From the NCBI GenBank assembly GCA_964187785.1, contig OZ076409.1, forward strand, positions 72,294,001 to 72,358,000: DNA of 64,000 nucleotides, given 5' to 3'. This DNA is from Amphiscolops sp. MND2022. Its lineage: Eukaryota. Shown piece after piece: positions 36,401 through 51,900 of the stretch (position 1 is its first letter; the number at the start of each line of letters is the position of its first letter). The notes below the pieces were generated by a model. The model was not told the DNA's origin and did no database searches. It saw nothing but the letters and a program-made list of their open reading frames with translations. The translations under genes and the position numbers were made by a program.

Positions 36401-38186
36401 ACCGATCAACTCTACTTCTATTGTAGATTATCAGATTTTTGTTTAGAACAAATTTTTATGGATATAAAAAATTTTTAAACCCTCCAAAAATGAGCCAAAA
36501 TAACACGAAAAAATGGACCCTAAATTTTTAAAATGTCAAAAAATTATCCAAACCACAGCTTCTTGGGGTTCTATCAGCTCCACGTGGTCCACAGAGTATG
36601 CTAAAACAGGTTTTGCCCGTTTTTGAGCAGTATATGAAAAAGCCGACATTTTTGGGGAAGAAAAACATACCATTTCCTAAATAATTTCAAATGCAGGCAA
36701 TTTGCCGTATGAGAGTAGCACAGAAAACTATCACACACCGATCAACTCTACTTCTTTTGTAGATTATCAGAATTATGTTTAGAGTAAAGTTTTATGGATA
36801 TGAAAAATTTTTATACCCTCCAAAAATGGGCCAAAATGACACAAAAAAATTGACCTCAAATTTTTAAAATGTCAAAAAATTATCCAAACCACAGCGTCTT
36901 GGCGTTCTATCAACTCCAAATGACCTTCAGAGTATACCAAACCAGGTATTGCCAATCTTTTGAGCAATATTTAAAAACACCGACTATTTGGCAAGAACAC
37001 GATAATATGTTCCATATAAGAAGTGAATCATTCCACATATATACCCGGTCTAATATTTCCAAATTAGCGATAACATTTATACATGATGGTTTTTGAAAGT
37101 GAGCTTCATAAGAGGTTGAGATGTAATAATACGTAAATGGACCCTAAGTTTCATTGAAATCTCAATGGAATACGTCCAATCATCTTCAATCCTAACTATT
37201 ATATAACAAAAAACACTTGAGTACATTCCATCTCCCCATCGGGGGAGATGAGAATGTACTTTTCAAAAGCCAAAAACTTCGAATTTTAAATCTTTTGTAA
37301 CATTGTATGTAACTGTTGAAACGATGAACGAATAAAAATGCTTCTAGTACCTTCATCAATTTTTGCTTCAGCTCCTATTTCTGCAGAACAAAACCAAAAG
37401 ACACACTTACAGCAGTTAAGTTCGATTGTATAACTCAGTGAATAAAGGTATGACTGAGGAAGTTCACAAGTTGTTTCAAAAGTTTCCGGCCTTCCAAAAT
37501 CATGAAACGTCCACACAACCAAGATAGCAAGTGAAAGAATGCTGAATGCACCTTATTAGATGAGATAAATAATGTGTGGAACTTGCCATTATCTCAAGAT
37601 GACGTTGATTTATGATCTTTTAAGGATAGTTCGATATGTGACCACAATAGTGGAAAACTTATTACTATTTGAAGAACACCGTGGAAAGCGTTCAGAAAGG
37701 ACAGTATATTTGTTTCGAGCATGCATGCGTGTGTTCCTTTGGTGACGTTAGCTTAGTGTACATGACGGAGGTATTCGAGAGATTATGATAGAGTTTACTC
37801 ACAAGTCTTTGTTTTTTTAAACTTTCTATGCCGTTGAGTACATTCGTAAGGTACATCCATCCCCTTCTCTGGGAATGTACGTTTGCCAAATGACTGTCAT
37901 CCAAAATTCGTAATCCGGACGAGTTTAACTACATAAACATGTGATGAGCGTTTTCAATTCACAACCGAATAACATTTTTTTTCTCGAAAATGATGATGGT
38001 TTTGATTTTGATGTCTTCTACTTTTATCATCATGCAAACGACCTTACCATGTCTCTCTTCTGTCGTCATTTGTACAACGCCACATAGCGTTCCGACGCCC
38101 ACCGTCTGTGGGCATGCCGAGGCATGCCCTTCGACGACGTATGCCAAATGAGCCATACCCGCACTCTGGAGTGCGGTAGCGGCTAG
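33425..38186 (+). mobile_element. U15: 4762-bp unit, family B long form (variant 1)
   Basis: Near-identical to U1 and U20. Hairpin at 37220-37260. Confidence 0.65.
35655..36995. repeat. Internal tandem repeat, ~4 x 336 bp
   Basis: Copy of 790-2130 at offset 34865. Confidence 0.88.
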
Positions 38187-40169
38187 GTGGGCGGGGGTAA
38201 TTCCCCAACAAAAAATTCGGCCGGCGGGTTGGGTCCTGCCGGACGTCAAATAGCAAAGAATATCTAGTAGGAAACGGCGACACAGAATCGCGATTTTTAA
38301 ATCTAACCACAATTTTTTGGACTTGGAGTGCATGCGGCCCTGAAATGCCCATACGAATCGAAGTTCCTGCTGACGTTAAGCGATTGAAATAATATATAAA
38401 AAGTTATGGCCCATTTTTCACTCACATAGAAGGGTAAAATGAGGAAATTTTTAACAAAGTCGCAGATAACTCAAAATGTGTTAATTTTTGGACATTGACT
38501 GTGAAACAAGCTTGGAACCTTCATTTCGTGGCCGTGGCATTGCACTAAACACAAAAGATGTAAAGTTTTTGCATTTTTTGAAAATTCGAAATTTTTGAAA
38601 TTTTTTTCACTACTATCAGTACCCAATATGTCAAAAACACCTCAGAAAAAAATTTTTATTGGCTTTAAATTGGAAACCTTGGTATCCATGGTTTCTGTCG
38701 GAACCTACTCGCTGCCAAACGCTCAACAGTTTGCATCCAATGTGAAAATATAATTTTTTTCGAGGTCATAGGTGTTTCACAAGGATTTCATAACTTAGTA
38801 TTAAACTACAAACTGGTCATTTTCAACATAATATCTTTGTCGAGGCATGTCGGATATAGTCCTATTGCTCACGAACGGTCCTACTGGCAACGTAATAACC
38901 ATTTATAGAAATGTAAAGTTATAAAAAAAATTTTTCACCCGGTCTTCAGTCATTTTTCAGTCATTCGGAACTTAACTTAGAAAAATTTCGACCAAAATAT
39001 CCATTTTTTGTCAGGTCGAAAAATCAAATTCAGATTTTTAAGCAAAATTATTAAATCTGACGTAACCCATGGGGCCCATGATACTCAAAACAACGATTGA
39101 CACTGGTATCAATGGCTCCAATAACATATGAGTCGCGATAAGACGTTATTTTGAGCATTACGTCTCAATTGAGGTAAAGATCTCGCAAGCCAGCGATCAC
39201 TGTGAAATGTGATTTCATCAAAAATTTACTCTTTTTTGTCAATCACTATGTGCACAGAATGCGTAGGGTGCGTTTCAGCACTATAATGAGGTTTTTGAAG
39301 GCATCGAGTTGCTCAAGGGGTGGTATGAGACATTTTTGTCCCATATACTACTGTATTTTCCAAAATTTTTAGCCCAATATCTGGAAATACAAACTTGACA
39401 AAATACTTTCAACTACTTTATTCAAAGGTTACAATATAGATGAACACTGTGGTTGATCAGAAACTTTCATCTCTTTCGTTTTCCGAAATATTTCCCTTCG
39501 CATGTGTTACATTTGTAGCAGAAAAAAAATCGAAACTGAAAAATACGCTGTTTTGCTAATATGGAATCGCAATGATTGTGCCTAAAAACTTTTTAAATAC
39601 TTCTAACGCAACTGTACAGACCCAAAATGATTGAAAATGCCATTCACAATGCTGACATGTGCTCTTTCTACGATCCTGACTGGACAAGTTTTGCATATTT
39701 TTCAAGTACCTGTTAACTGAATCTCGTGATAGCCTTTTAAGTTGGCCTTGTGTCAACTTGGGAAGGCTATCACATCAAAAAACTTTCAACAAAAATACTT
39801 TTTGTTTATTGGAAATGACAGTCGATATATTATTTCGTGATTCTATACTACCGTTGGTACCTTCCATTAAGTCAACTGACGATTGCATTCAGTCTTTGAT
39901 AAATACCTATGAACTCGAAGTCATATTTATAATTTTTGTGCTAAAAATAAACATCAAAATTATCCATTTTATTTAAAATTGAGTCTTTACCGTTTTTGTT
40001 TTTCTTTTTCTACTGTTATTAGGCCCATCAACTTCCTACAGCCACGCTCTCTGTCATTAGTACAACGCCACATAGTGTTGCGACGTTCACGGTCTGTGGG
40101 CATGCCGAGGCATGCCCTTCGACGACGTATGCCGAATACCGCGGGCCTACGCCCGCGCTCCCCGGCTAG
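38187..40169 (+). mobile_element. U16: 1983-bp unit, family B 2-kb form
   Basis: First ~1.3 kb homologous to the long B units. GATAGCC hairpin at 39726-39773; terminal hairpin CGCGGGC-CTAC-GCCCGCG then CTAG. Confidence 0.65.
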
Positions 40170-42160
40170 GTGGGCGGGGGTAATTCCCCAACAAAAATTA
40201 CGGCCGGCGGGTTGGGTCCTGCCGGACGTTCAAATAGCGCGAAGCATCTAGTAGAAAACAAGGAGTCCTGAAACAGCGATTTTAAAATTGAACCGTTAGA
40301 ATTTGGTTTTAGATTGCATGCGGCCCTAAAATCCCCATACGAATGGAAGTTCCTGCTGGCGTTAAGCGATTGAAATAATATATAAAAAGTTATGGCCCAT
40401 TTTTGGGTCACCGAGAAGGTCAAAATGAGGAAAATTTTAACTAAGTTGCTGATAACTCAAAATGTGTTAATTTTTGGACTTTGACTGTGAAACAAGCTCG
40501 GAACCTTCATTTCGTGGCTGTGGCATTGCACTGAACACAAAAGATATAAAGTTTTTACATTTTTTGAAAATTCGACATTTTTGAATTTTTTTTCACTAGT
40601 ATCAGTACCCCAAATGTCAAAAACGCCTCAGAAAATTTTTTTTATTTGCTTTAAATTGGAAACCTTGGTATCCATGGTTTCTGTCGGAACCTACTCGCAG
40701 CCAAACACCCAACAGTTTGCATCCAATGTGAAAATAAAAATTTTTTCTGGGTCATAAGCGTTTCACAAGGATTTCTCAACTTAGTATTAATTTACAAAAT
40801 GGTCATTTTGAACACAAAATTTTCATCGAGGCTTGTCGGCTATAGCCTTAATGTTCTAGAACGGTCCCACTGGCAACGTAGGAACCATTTATAGTAATAG
40901 AAAGTTTTAAAAAAATATTTTCACCCGGTCTTCAGTCATTTTTCAGTCATTCGGAACTTAACTTAGAAAAATTTCGACCAAATACCCATTTTTTGTCAGG
41001 TCGAAAATTCAAATTCAGATTTTTGAGCAAAATTATTAACTCTGACGTAACCCATGGGGCCCATGATACTCAAAACAACGTTTGACAATGGTATCAATGG
41101 CACCAATAACATATGAGTCGCGATAAGACGTGATTTTGAGCAATACGTCTCAATTGAGGTAAACATCTCGCAAGCCAGGGATCACTGTGAAATGTGATTT
41201 CATCAAAAATTTACTCATTTTCGTCAATCACTATGTGCACAGAATGCGTAGGGTGCGTTTCAGCACTATAATGAGGTTTTTGAAGGCGTCGGGTTGTTCA
41301 AGGGGTGGTATGAGACAATTATTTTTCCATATACTACTGTATTTTCCAAAACTTTTTGCCAATTTTCTGGAAAAACTAACTTGACAAAATACTTTCAATT
41401 ACTTTATTCAAAGGTTACAATATAGATGAACACTGTGGTTGATCAGAAACTTTCATCTCCTTCGTTTTCCGAAAAAATTCCCTTCGAATGTGTTACATTT
41501 GTAGCAGGAAAAAACCGAAACTAAAAAATACGCAATTTTGCTTAGATAGAATCGCAATGGTTACGCCTAAAATCATTTTAAAAACTTCTAACGCGACCTT
41601 ACGGACCCAAAAAGATTTAATATGTCATTCACAATGCTGACATGTGCTCTTTCTACGATCCTGACTGAACAATTTTCGCAAATTATTCAAGTACCTGTTA
41701 ACTGAATCTCGTGATAGCCTTTTAAGTTGGCCTTGTGTCAACTTGGGAAGGCTATCACATCAAAAAATTTTCAACAAAAATACTTTTTGTTTATTGGATA
41801 TGACAGTCGATATATAATTTCGTGATTCTATACTACCGTTAGTACCTTCCATTAAGTCACCTGACGATTGCATTCAGTCTTTGATAAATACCTATGAACT
41901 CGAAGTCATATTTATAAATTTTGTGCTAAAAATAAACATCAAAATTATCCAAATAATTTAAAATTGAGTCTTTACCGTTTTTGTTTTTCTTTTTCTACTG
42001 TTATTAGGCCCATCAACTTCCTACAGCCACGCTCTCTGTCATTAGTACAACGCCACATAGTGTTGCGACGTCCACCGTCTGTGGGCATGCCGAGGCATGC
42101 CCTTCGACGACGTATGCCAAAAATAGCGCCCTCCGCGGTCACTACCGCGGTAGCAGCTAG
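40170..42160 (+). mobile_element. U17: 1991-bp unit, family B 2-kb form
   Basis: Hairpin at 41711-41758; terminal hairpin CCGCGGT-CACT-ACCGCGG then CTAG. Confidence 0.65.
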
Positions 42161-44166
42161 GTGCGCGGGGTTATTCCCCCCGTTTGTCCCCGGCCGGCGG
42201 GTAGGGTCCTGACGGCCGTCCTTAATCATGAAGCTTGCTGTTTAGCGCAAAAAGCCCACAAAAACGCCGATTTTAAAAACTAACCATTAGAATTTGTTCG
42301 TAGATTGCATGCGGCCCTAAAATTTGCATACGAATGGAAGTTCCTGCTGACGTTAAGCGATAGAAACATTATAAAAAAAGTTATGGGCGTTTTTTGGTCG
42401 AAAAATTGAACATTTTCAAAAAAATTTTTAGAAATTGGCTAATATCTTAAAATGCAGTAATTTTTAGACATTGACTGTTTTACAAGCTCGGAACCTTCAT
42501 TTCGTGTCTATTGCATTGCACTGAACACAAAAGATGTAAAGTTTTTACATTTTTTGAAAATTCGAGATTTTTGAAATTTTTTTCACTACTATCAGTACCC
42601 CATATGTCAAAAACACATCAGAAAAAAGTTTTTATTTGCTTTAAATTGGAAACCTTGGTATCCATGGTTTCTGTCGGAATCTACTCGCTGCCAAACACCC
42701 AACAGTTTGCATCCAGTGTGAATTTAAAATTTTTTTCGAGGTCTTAGGTGTTTCACAAGGATTTCTCAACATGGTTTTAATTTACAAATTGGTCATTTTG
42801 AACACAATATTTTCATCGAGGCTTGTCGGCTATAGTCTTAATGTTATAGAACGGTCCCACTGGCAACGTAGGAACCATTTATAGTAATAGAAAGTTTTAA
42901 AAAATTTTTTTCACCCGGTCTTCAGTCATTTTTCAGTCATTCGGAACTTAACTTAGAAAATTTTCGTCTCGAATACCCATTTTTGGTGAAGTCGAAATTT
43001 GAATTTCAGCACTTGAAGCAAAATTTTTTACTCTGACGTAACCAGTGGGGCTCATGATACTCAACAACACCGTTGGGTTTGATACCAGTGGCTCCAATAA
43101 CATATGAGTCGGGATAAGACGTTATTCAGAGCAAAACCTCTAAATCGGAGTAAACATCTCGGAAGCCTGGGATCACAGTGAAATGTGAGATCACCAAAAG
43201 TTTACATATTTTTGTCAATTACTATGTACACAGAGTGCATAGGATGAGTTTCAGCACTATAATGAGGTTTTTGAAGTAATCGGCCTGCTCAAGGGGGTGT
43301 ATGAGACATTTTTTTCCCATATAGTACTGTATTTTCCAAAATTTTTAGCCCATTATCTCAAAAACCTAACTTCGCAAAATGCTTTCAATTACTTTATTCT
43401 AAGGTTAGAATATGAATGAACACTGTGGTTGATCAGAACCTCTCATTTTTTTGTTTTCCGAAATATTACCTTCGCATGGGTTACATTTATGGCAGAAAAG
43501 AAAGCAGAAGATAAAAAATACGCTATTTTGCTAAGATAGAAAAGCGATGATTGTGCCTAAATACCCTTTAAATACTTCTAACGCAACCTTATGGTTCGAA
43601 TAGGATTGGAAATACCGTTCACAGTCCTCACATGTACTCTTTCTACAATCCAGACTGCACTTTTTTTGAAAATTTTACATGTAGCTTTAAGCTGAATCTT
43701 GTGATAGCCTTTTAAGTTGGCCTTGTGTCAACTTGGGAAGGCTATCACCACAAAAAACTATAAACAAAATTACCATTTGTTAGTTTGATTTTGCTGTCGA
43801 TGCCTATTTTCGTAATTCGATCATATCGTTAGATCCTTCCATCAGGTCAGCTAACGATTGCTTCCAGTGTTTGATAAGAATGTATGAACTTGAAGAAAAT
43901 TCTTTTTTTTTTGTTTACAAAAAATAAAAACGAATAATTAAAAAAACCTAATTGGAATAATTAAAACCACTAGGAAGTATAACGTCTATCTTTTCGACCG
44001 TTATCATCCCCAGCCATCCCCAACGTCCTCGCAATGTATGTCCTTATTACAACGCCGCGTCACATAGCGTTCCGACGCCCATAGTCTGTGGGCATGCCGA
44101 GGCATGCCCTTCGACGACGTATGCCAAATGAGCCATACCCGCACTCTGGAGTGCGGTAGCGGCTAG
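42161..44166 (+). mobile_element. U18: 2006-bp unit, family B 2-kb form; starts GTGC
   Basis: Hairpin at 43701-43748; body related to U22. Confidence 0.65.
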
Positions 44167-47100
44167 GTGGGCGGGGGTAATTCCCCAACAAAAAAATCGG
44201 CCGGCGGGTCGGGTCCTGCCGGCCGTCCAAAATCAAAATCCTCCTAGTAGAAAACGGCATGTCAAACGAGCTATTTTTTTATTTAACCATACGAATTTCA
44301 CCATTTTTTGCATGCGGCCCTGAAATGGCCATACGAGACGAAGTTCCTGCTGACGTTTTGCGATGTAAATGTTTTATAAAAAGTTATGGCCGATTTGTCA
44401 TTCACCTAGAAGGGTAAAATGAGGAAAATTTTAACAAAGTCGCTGATAACTCAAAATGTGTTAATTTTTGGACTTTGACAGTGAAACAAGCTTGGAACTG
44501 TCATTTCGTGGCTGTGGCATTGCACTGAACACAAAAGATGTAAAGTTTTCACATTTTTTGATAATTCGACATTTTTGATTTTTTTTTCACTACTATCAGT
44601 ACACTATATGTCAAAAACGCCTCTGAAAAAAATTTTTATTTGCTTAAAATTAGAAACCTTGGTATCCATGGTTTCCGTCAGTACCTACTCGCTGCCAAAC
44701 GCTCAACAGTTTGCATCCAATGTGAAAATATAATTTTTTTCGAGGTCATAGGTGTTTCACAAGGATTTCTCAACTTAGTATCTATTTACAAATTGGTCAT
44801 TTTGAACCCATTATTTTCATCGAAGCGTGTCAGATACTACCCTAATGCTCACGAATGGGCCTACTGGCAACGTTGGAACCATTTTTAGTAATAGAAAGTA
44901 TTAAAAAAATATTTTCACCCGGTCTTCAGTCATTTTTCAGACATTCGGTACTTAACTTAGAAAAATTTCGCATCAAAAACCCATATTTGGTAGGGTCGAA
45001 ATTTGAAATTCAGTTTTTTATGCAAAATTATTAACTCTGACGTAACCAATGGAGCCCATGATACTCAAAAACACGATTGGGACTGGTATCAGTGGCTCCA
45101 ATAACATATGAGCCGCGATAAGACGTTATTCAGAGCAAACGCTCTAAATCGAAGTAAACATCTCTGAAGCCTGGGATCACAGTGAAATGTGATATCACCA
45201 AAAGTTTACTCTTTTTTGTCAATCACTATGTACACAGAGTGCGTAGGGTGAGTTTCAGGACTATAATGAGGTTTTTGAAGTAATCGCGCTGCTCAAGGGG
45301 TGGTATGAGACTATTTTTTCCCATATACTACTACATTTCCATAAATTTGCAGTCCATTGTCTTGGAAAGATAACTTCACAAAAACAATTTTTCTACTCTA
45401 TTCAGTTATTAGAATAAAGTTGAACACTGTGGGTGATCAGAAATGCTCAATTCTTTTGGTTTTTAAAAAAAGTCCTTCGCATTCGTTACATTTGTGGAAG
45501 GAAGGTTATCAGTAGCTCCAAAAAAAAACGAAATTTAGCACGAACAGACATGCAACGATGCAAAGCAAAAACGTTTTTACAACTTCCGACGTCATTATTT
45601 TACCCAAGAAGTTCGAAAATATCATTCGCAATGCTGTCATTCGCTATATATACGATCGCGGTCAATTTACAAACATTTAGATTTCATTGTTCTGCTTGAA
45701 AACCAATTTTTGTCAGGTCGAAATTTTAAATTTTACCTGGGGAGCAATACCCTTCACGCTGAAGTAAACAGTGGGGCCCAAGTTACTCAAAAACAAGAAA
45801 GAGACTGCTACAATATGTCCTAATAACATATGGACCACGATAGTACGTTTTTCACACAAAAAACTCTCATCCGAAGTAAATATGTTGAAAGCTTTTAATC
45901 ACCGTGAGAAGTGATTTCATCAAAAAATAACTCTTTTTTGTCAATCACTATTTACACAGAATTTGTAAAGTTAGTTTGAGTCATGAAATGAGGCTTTACC
46001 GTAATATGGGTTGCTCAAGGTGTTATATAAGACAAAAACTTCCTCTTTTCTACTAGCTTCTTCAAATATTTCAACCCTTTGTCACAATAAGTTAATATTC
46101 AAAATCTCTTTGAAATGTATCTTTATGTTGGGGTGAAGTCTAAGAACAATAACTATGATCGAAGAATGCTAGTACTGGTGTTTGAACCATGTCCGGATGA
46201 ACAAATCACAAAATCATCAAAAAATTGTTCCCTTTTTTGGTTATTTTGGCAGTACTAAAAATGTTAGCCGATAAATAATTTTTTCGATGGCACCATTGGA
46301 TTCCTCTCAAAAAGTTGGTTATATGACCTGTGTAATAACCCCGTATCTTTTCAATTTAAATATATTTAAAAAGCCAACTATTTTGACCAAAATCCTAAAA
46401 ATCATACCATTTCCTAAAAATTTTCAAATGCACCCCATTTGACGTATAAGATAAGCACAGAAAACTATCATATACCGATCAACTCTACTCCTATTGTAGA
46501 TTATTAGAATTTTGTTTAGAATGAATTTTGATGAATAATAAAAAAATTTTGAACCCTCCAAAAATGGGCCAAAATTACACGAAAAAATTGACCTTAAAAT
46601 ACCAAAATGTCAAAAAATCATCAAAACCCAGGCTTCTTGGGGTTCTATCAACTCCGCGTGGTCCACAGAGTATGCTAAAACAGGTTTTACCCGTTTTTGA
46701 GCAATATGTGAAAAAGCCGACATTTTTGGGAAAGAAAAACATACCATTTCCTAAAAAAATTCAAATGCACGTCATTTGCCGTATTAGAATAGCACAGAAA
46801 ACTATCACATACCTATCAACTCTACTTTCATTGCAGATGAACAGAATTTTGTTTAGAATAAATTTTACCGGATAATAAAAAAATTTGAATCCTTCAAAAA
46901 TGGGCCAAAAATGCACGAAAAAATGGACCTTAAAAATTTAAAATGTCAAAAAATCATCAAAACAACAGCTTCTTGGGGTTCTATCAACTCCACGAGGTCC
47001 ACAGAGTATGCTAAAACAGGTTTTACCCGTTTTTGAGCAATATGTGAAAAAGCCGACATTTTTGGGAAAGAAAAACATACCATTTCCTAAAAAAATTCAA

Positions 47101-48928
47101 ATGCACGCCATTTGCCGTATGAAAATAGCACAGAAAACTATCACATACCAATCAACTCTACTTTCATTGCAGATGAACAGAATTTTGTTTAGAATAAACT
47201 TTACCGGATAATACAAAAATTTGATTCCTTCTAAAATGGGCCAAAATTACACGAAAAAATGGACCTTAAAATTTTAAAATGTCAAAAAATCATCAAAACC
47301 ACGGCTTCTTGGGGTTCTATCAACTCCACGTGGTCCACAGAGTATGCTTAACCCGGTTTTACCCATCTTTGAGCAAAATGTGAAAATACCGACATTTTTG
47401 GAAAAGAAAAACATGCCATTTTCTAATAAATTTCAAATGCACGCCATTTGCTGTATGAGAATAACACAGAAAGCTGTCACATACCGATCAACTCTACTTC
47501 CATTGTAGATTATCAGAAGTTTGTTCAGAATAAATTTTGAAGGATAATAAAAAAATTTGAATCCATCAAAAATTGGCCAAAATTACACGAAAAAATTGAC
47601 CTTAAAATATCAAAATGTCAAAAAATCATCAAAACCACAATTTCTTGGCGTTCTATCAACTCCATATGATACCAAACCAAGTACTGCCAATCGTTTGAGT
47701 TATAATAAAAAAACGTCTTTTTTGGCAAGAATTCCATACCATAAATAATAATCATGTTCCATATAAGAAGCGAATCATTTCAGATATATACCCTGTTCAT
47801 TTTTTTAATATTACCGATTATTAATTTATTAGATGTTTTGAATGTGAGCTTCCTAAAAGGTTCAGGTGTGATGATACGTAAATAGAACCTTAGTTTCATC
47901 GAAATCTCAATTGAATATGTCCAATCTTAACCATCAGATAACAAGAAACACTTAAGTACATTCCATCTCCCCATCGGGGGAGATGAGAATGTACTTTCGA
48001 GAAGCCAAATACGTCCAACATTCAAACTTTTGTAACTTTGTATGTAACTCCTGAAACGAAGAAGGAATAAAATTGTTTCTGGTACATACATGAGTCTTTA
48101 CTTCAGCTTCTATTTCTGCTGAACAAAACCATTCGACTCTTTTGCCGGAGTTAAGATCGATTGTATTACCCAGTGAACAAAGGCATGACTGAAAACGTTT
48201 ACTACTTTGTTCATAATTTTCCGGCCTTCCGAAATGATGAAACGTCCACATAACTAAGATAGCAAGTGAATGACTGCGAAATGCACCTTATTAGATGAGG
48301 TAAATAACGTGTAAAACTCTCCTTTATCCTAACATGAGGTTGAGTAATGATCATTTGAGAATAGTTTGATATGTGAATACAATAGTATAAAACAAGTACA
48401 TTTTATATGAATAACGCCGTGGAAAGCGTTCAGAAAGGACAGTAGGCTTGTTTGGAACATGTATGTGTGGTGTCCCTTGGTGGCGTTCGCTTAGTGTATA
48501 TGTCGAGGGGTATTCGAGTTGTTATGATAGAATTTACACACAAGTCTTTTGTTTTTTGGTTTTTTTAAAATGTCGTTAAGTACCTGCATTCTATCCCCTT
48601 CTCAGAGATGACGTGAAGTTACGTTTGCTAAATAAATGTCATCGAAAGATCACACTCCCGACGAAATTAACTATCTTAACACGTGTTTAGAATTTTAAAT
48701 AAACAACCGTATAAGATTTTTATATTTCATTGAGTTTGATGAAGTCTTTTGTTCTTCTCACTACTATTTCAACCAATACACATATCCGTTACCATATCAC
48801 ATGTCTCCATTAGTACAACGCCACATAGCGTTCCGACGCCCACAGTCTGTGGGCATGCCAAGGCATGCCCTTCGACGACGTATGGCAAATGGAGCCATGC
48901 CCGCCGTCTTTACGGCGGTAGCGGCTAG
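44167..48928 (+). mobile_element. U19: 4762-bp unit, family B long form (variant 2)
   Basis: Body matches U14 (offset ~15503). Hairpin at 47954-47996. Confidence 0.65.
46400..47735. repeat. Internal tandem repeat, ~4 x 336 bp
   Basis: Copy of 30895-32230. Confidence 0.88.
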
Positions 48929-51900
48929 GTGGGCGGGGGTAATTCCCCAACAAAAAAATCGGCCGGCGGGTCGGGTCCTGCCGGCCGTCCAAAATCAAAA
49001 TCCTCCTAGTAGAAAACGGCATGTCAAACGAGCTATTTTTTTATTTAACCATTAGAATTTCACCATTTTTTGCATGCGGCCCTGAAATGGCCATACGAGA
49101 CGAAGTTCCTGCTGACGTTTTGCGATGTAAATGTTTTATAAAAAGTTATGGCCGATTTGTCATTCACCTAGAAGGGTAAAATGAGGAAAATTTTAACAAA
49201 GTCGCTGATAACTCAAAATGTGTTAATTTTTGGACTTTGACTGTGAAACAAGCTTGGAACCTTCATTTCGTGGCTGTGGCATTGCACTGAACGCAAAAGA
49301 TGTAAAGTTTTTACATTTTTTGAAAATTTGACATTTTTGAAATTTCTTTCACTACTATCAGTATCATATATGTCAAAAACACCTCAGAAAAAAAATTTTA
49401 TTTGCTTTAACTTGGAAACCTTGGTATCCATGGTTTCTGTCGGAACCTACTCGCAACCAAACAACCAACAGTTTGCATCCAATGTGAAAATAAAAACTTT
49501 TTCTGGGTCATAAGCGTTTCACAAGGATTTCTCAACTTAGTATTAATTTACAAAATGGTCATTTTGAACACAATATTTTCATCGAGGCTTGTCGGCTATA
49601 GCCTTAATGTTCTAGAACGGTCCCACTGGCAACGTAGGAACCATTTATAGTAATAGAAAGTTTAAAAAAATATATTTTCACCCTGTCTTCAGTCATTTTT
49701 CAGTCATTCGGAACTTAACTTAGAAAAATTTCGACCAAAATACCCATTTTTTGACAGATCGAAAATTCAAATTCAACTTTTTAAGCAAAATTATTAACTC
49801 TGACGTAACCAGTGGGGCTCATGATACTCAAAAACACGATTGGGACTGGTACCAATGGCTCCAATATCATATGAGCCGCGATAAGACGTTATTTTGAGCA
49901 ATACGTCTCAATTGAGGGAAACATCTCGCAAGCCTGGGATCACAGTTAAAAGTGATTTCGTCAAAAATTTACTCTTTTTCGTCTATCACTATGTACACAG
50001 AGTGCGTAGGGTGAGTTTCAGCACTATAATGCGGTTTTTGAAGGAATCGGTCTGCTCAAGGGGTGGTATGAGACATTTTTTTTTGCATGTAGTACTATAT
50101 TTCCTAAAACTTTTAGCCCATTATCTCGAAAAGCTCACTTCGCAAATTACTTTCAGTTACTCTATTCGAAGCTTAGAATATATATGAACACTGTGGTTGA
50201 TCAGAAACTCTTGACTATTTTGTTTTTGGAAAAAAACTGCCTTGCATGTGTTACATTAGTGGCAGGAAAAATACCAGTAGCTCCAAAAATCACAATTTTG
50301 GACGGACAGACCTGCAATGATGCAAAGCAAAAACGTTTCAACAACTTCTGGCGCCACTTTTTTTACCCAAGAGGTTCGAAATTACTATTAACAATGCTGA
50401 CATTCGCTATATATAAGATCGAGGACAATTTACTAACACTTAGGTTATACATTTATATCTGAGAAACCATTCTTTGTCAGGTCGCAATTTTAAATTTAGT
50501 TTGGGAAGCAATACTTTTCACTCTGAAGCAAACCGTTGGGCCCAAATTACTCAAAAACTACAAAAAGACTGTCACCAAATGCCCTAATAGCATATGAGAT
50601 TCGACCGTATGTTTTTAACACAAAAACTCTCATCCGAAGTAAACATGTTGAAAGCCTTGAATCACCGTGAGAAATGATTTCATCAAAAATATCCCTTTTT
50701 CGTCAATCTTTATCTACACAGAACACGTTGTGTCATTTTCAGCCGTGAAATGAGCTTCTACCGTAATATGGGTTGCTCAAGGTGTTGTATAAGACAAAAA
50801 CTTCCTCTTTTCTACTATCTTCTTCAAATATTTCAACCCTTTGTCACAAGAAGTTAATATTCAAAATCTCTTTGAAATGTTTCTTTAGGTTGGTGTGAAG
50901 TGTTAGAACAATAATTAAGATCGAAGAATGATAGTATTGGTGTTTGGACCATGTCCGGATGAACAAATTGCAAAATCATGAAAAATTTCTTACCATTTTT
51001 GGTCATTTTGTCAGTACTAAAAATGTTAGCTGAAAAAGAATTTTTTTGATGGCACCATTGGATTCCTCTCAAAAGGTTAGCTATATGAACTGTGTAATAA
51101 CCCCGTATCTTTTCAATTTAAATAATTTTAAAAAGCAAACTTTTTTGACTAAAATCCTAAAAATCATACCATTTCCTAAAAAATTTCAAATGCCCCCCAT
51201 TCGACGTATAAGAATAGCACAGAAAACTATCACATACCGATCGACTCTACTTCCATTGTAGATTACCAGAATTTTGTTTAGAACAATTTTTGACGGATGC
51301 AAAAAAATTTAAACCCTCCAAAAAAGGGCCAAAATTACACGAAAAAATTGACCTTAAAATTTTAAAATGTCGAAAAATCATCAAAACCACAGCTTCTTGG
51401 GGTTCTATCAACTCCACGTGGTCCACAGAGTATGTTAAAACAAGTTTTACCCGTATTTGAGCAATATGTGAAAAAGCCGACTTTTTTGGGAATGAAAAAC
51501 ATACCATTTCCTAAAAAATTTCAAACGCACCCCATTTGACGTATAAGAATAGCACAGAAAACTATCACATACCGATCGACTCTACTTCCATTGTAGGTTA
51601 CCAGAATCTTGTTTAGAACATTTGTTGACGGATGCAAAAAAAAATAAAACCCTCCAAAAATGGGCCAAAATTACACGAAAAAATTGACCTTAAATTTTTA
51701 AAATGTCAAAAAATCATCAAAACCACAGCTTCTTGGGGTTCTATCAACTCCACGTGGTCCACAGAGTATGCTAAAACAGGTTTTACCTGTTTCTGAGCTA
51801 TATGTGAAAAAACCGACATTTTGGGGAAGAAAAACATACCATTTCCTAAAAAATTTCAAATGCACGCCATTTGCCGTATGAGAATAGCACAGAAAACTAT

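Noticed and set aside
37692..37904. Minus-strand Cys/His pattern (HxC...YCPF) hinting at a decayed zinc-binding domain
   Set aside because: It is short, frameshifted in sister copies, and differences from the U14 variant include many non-synonymous changes. It is unsupported without a translated database search.
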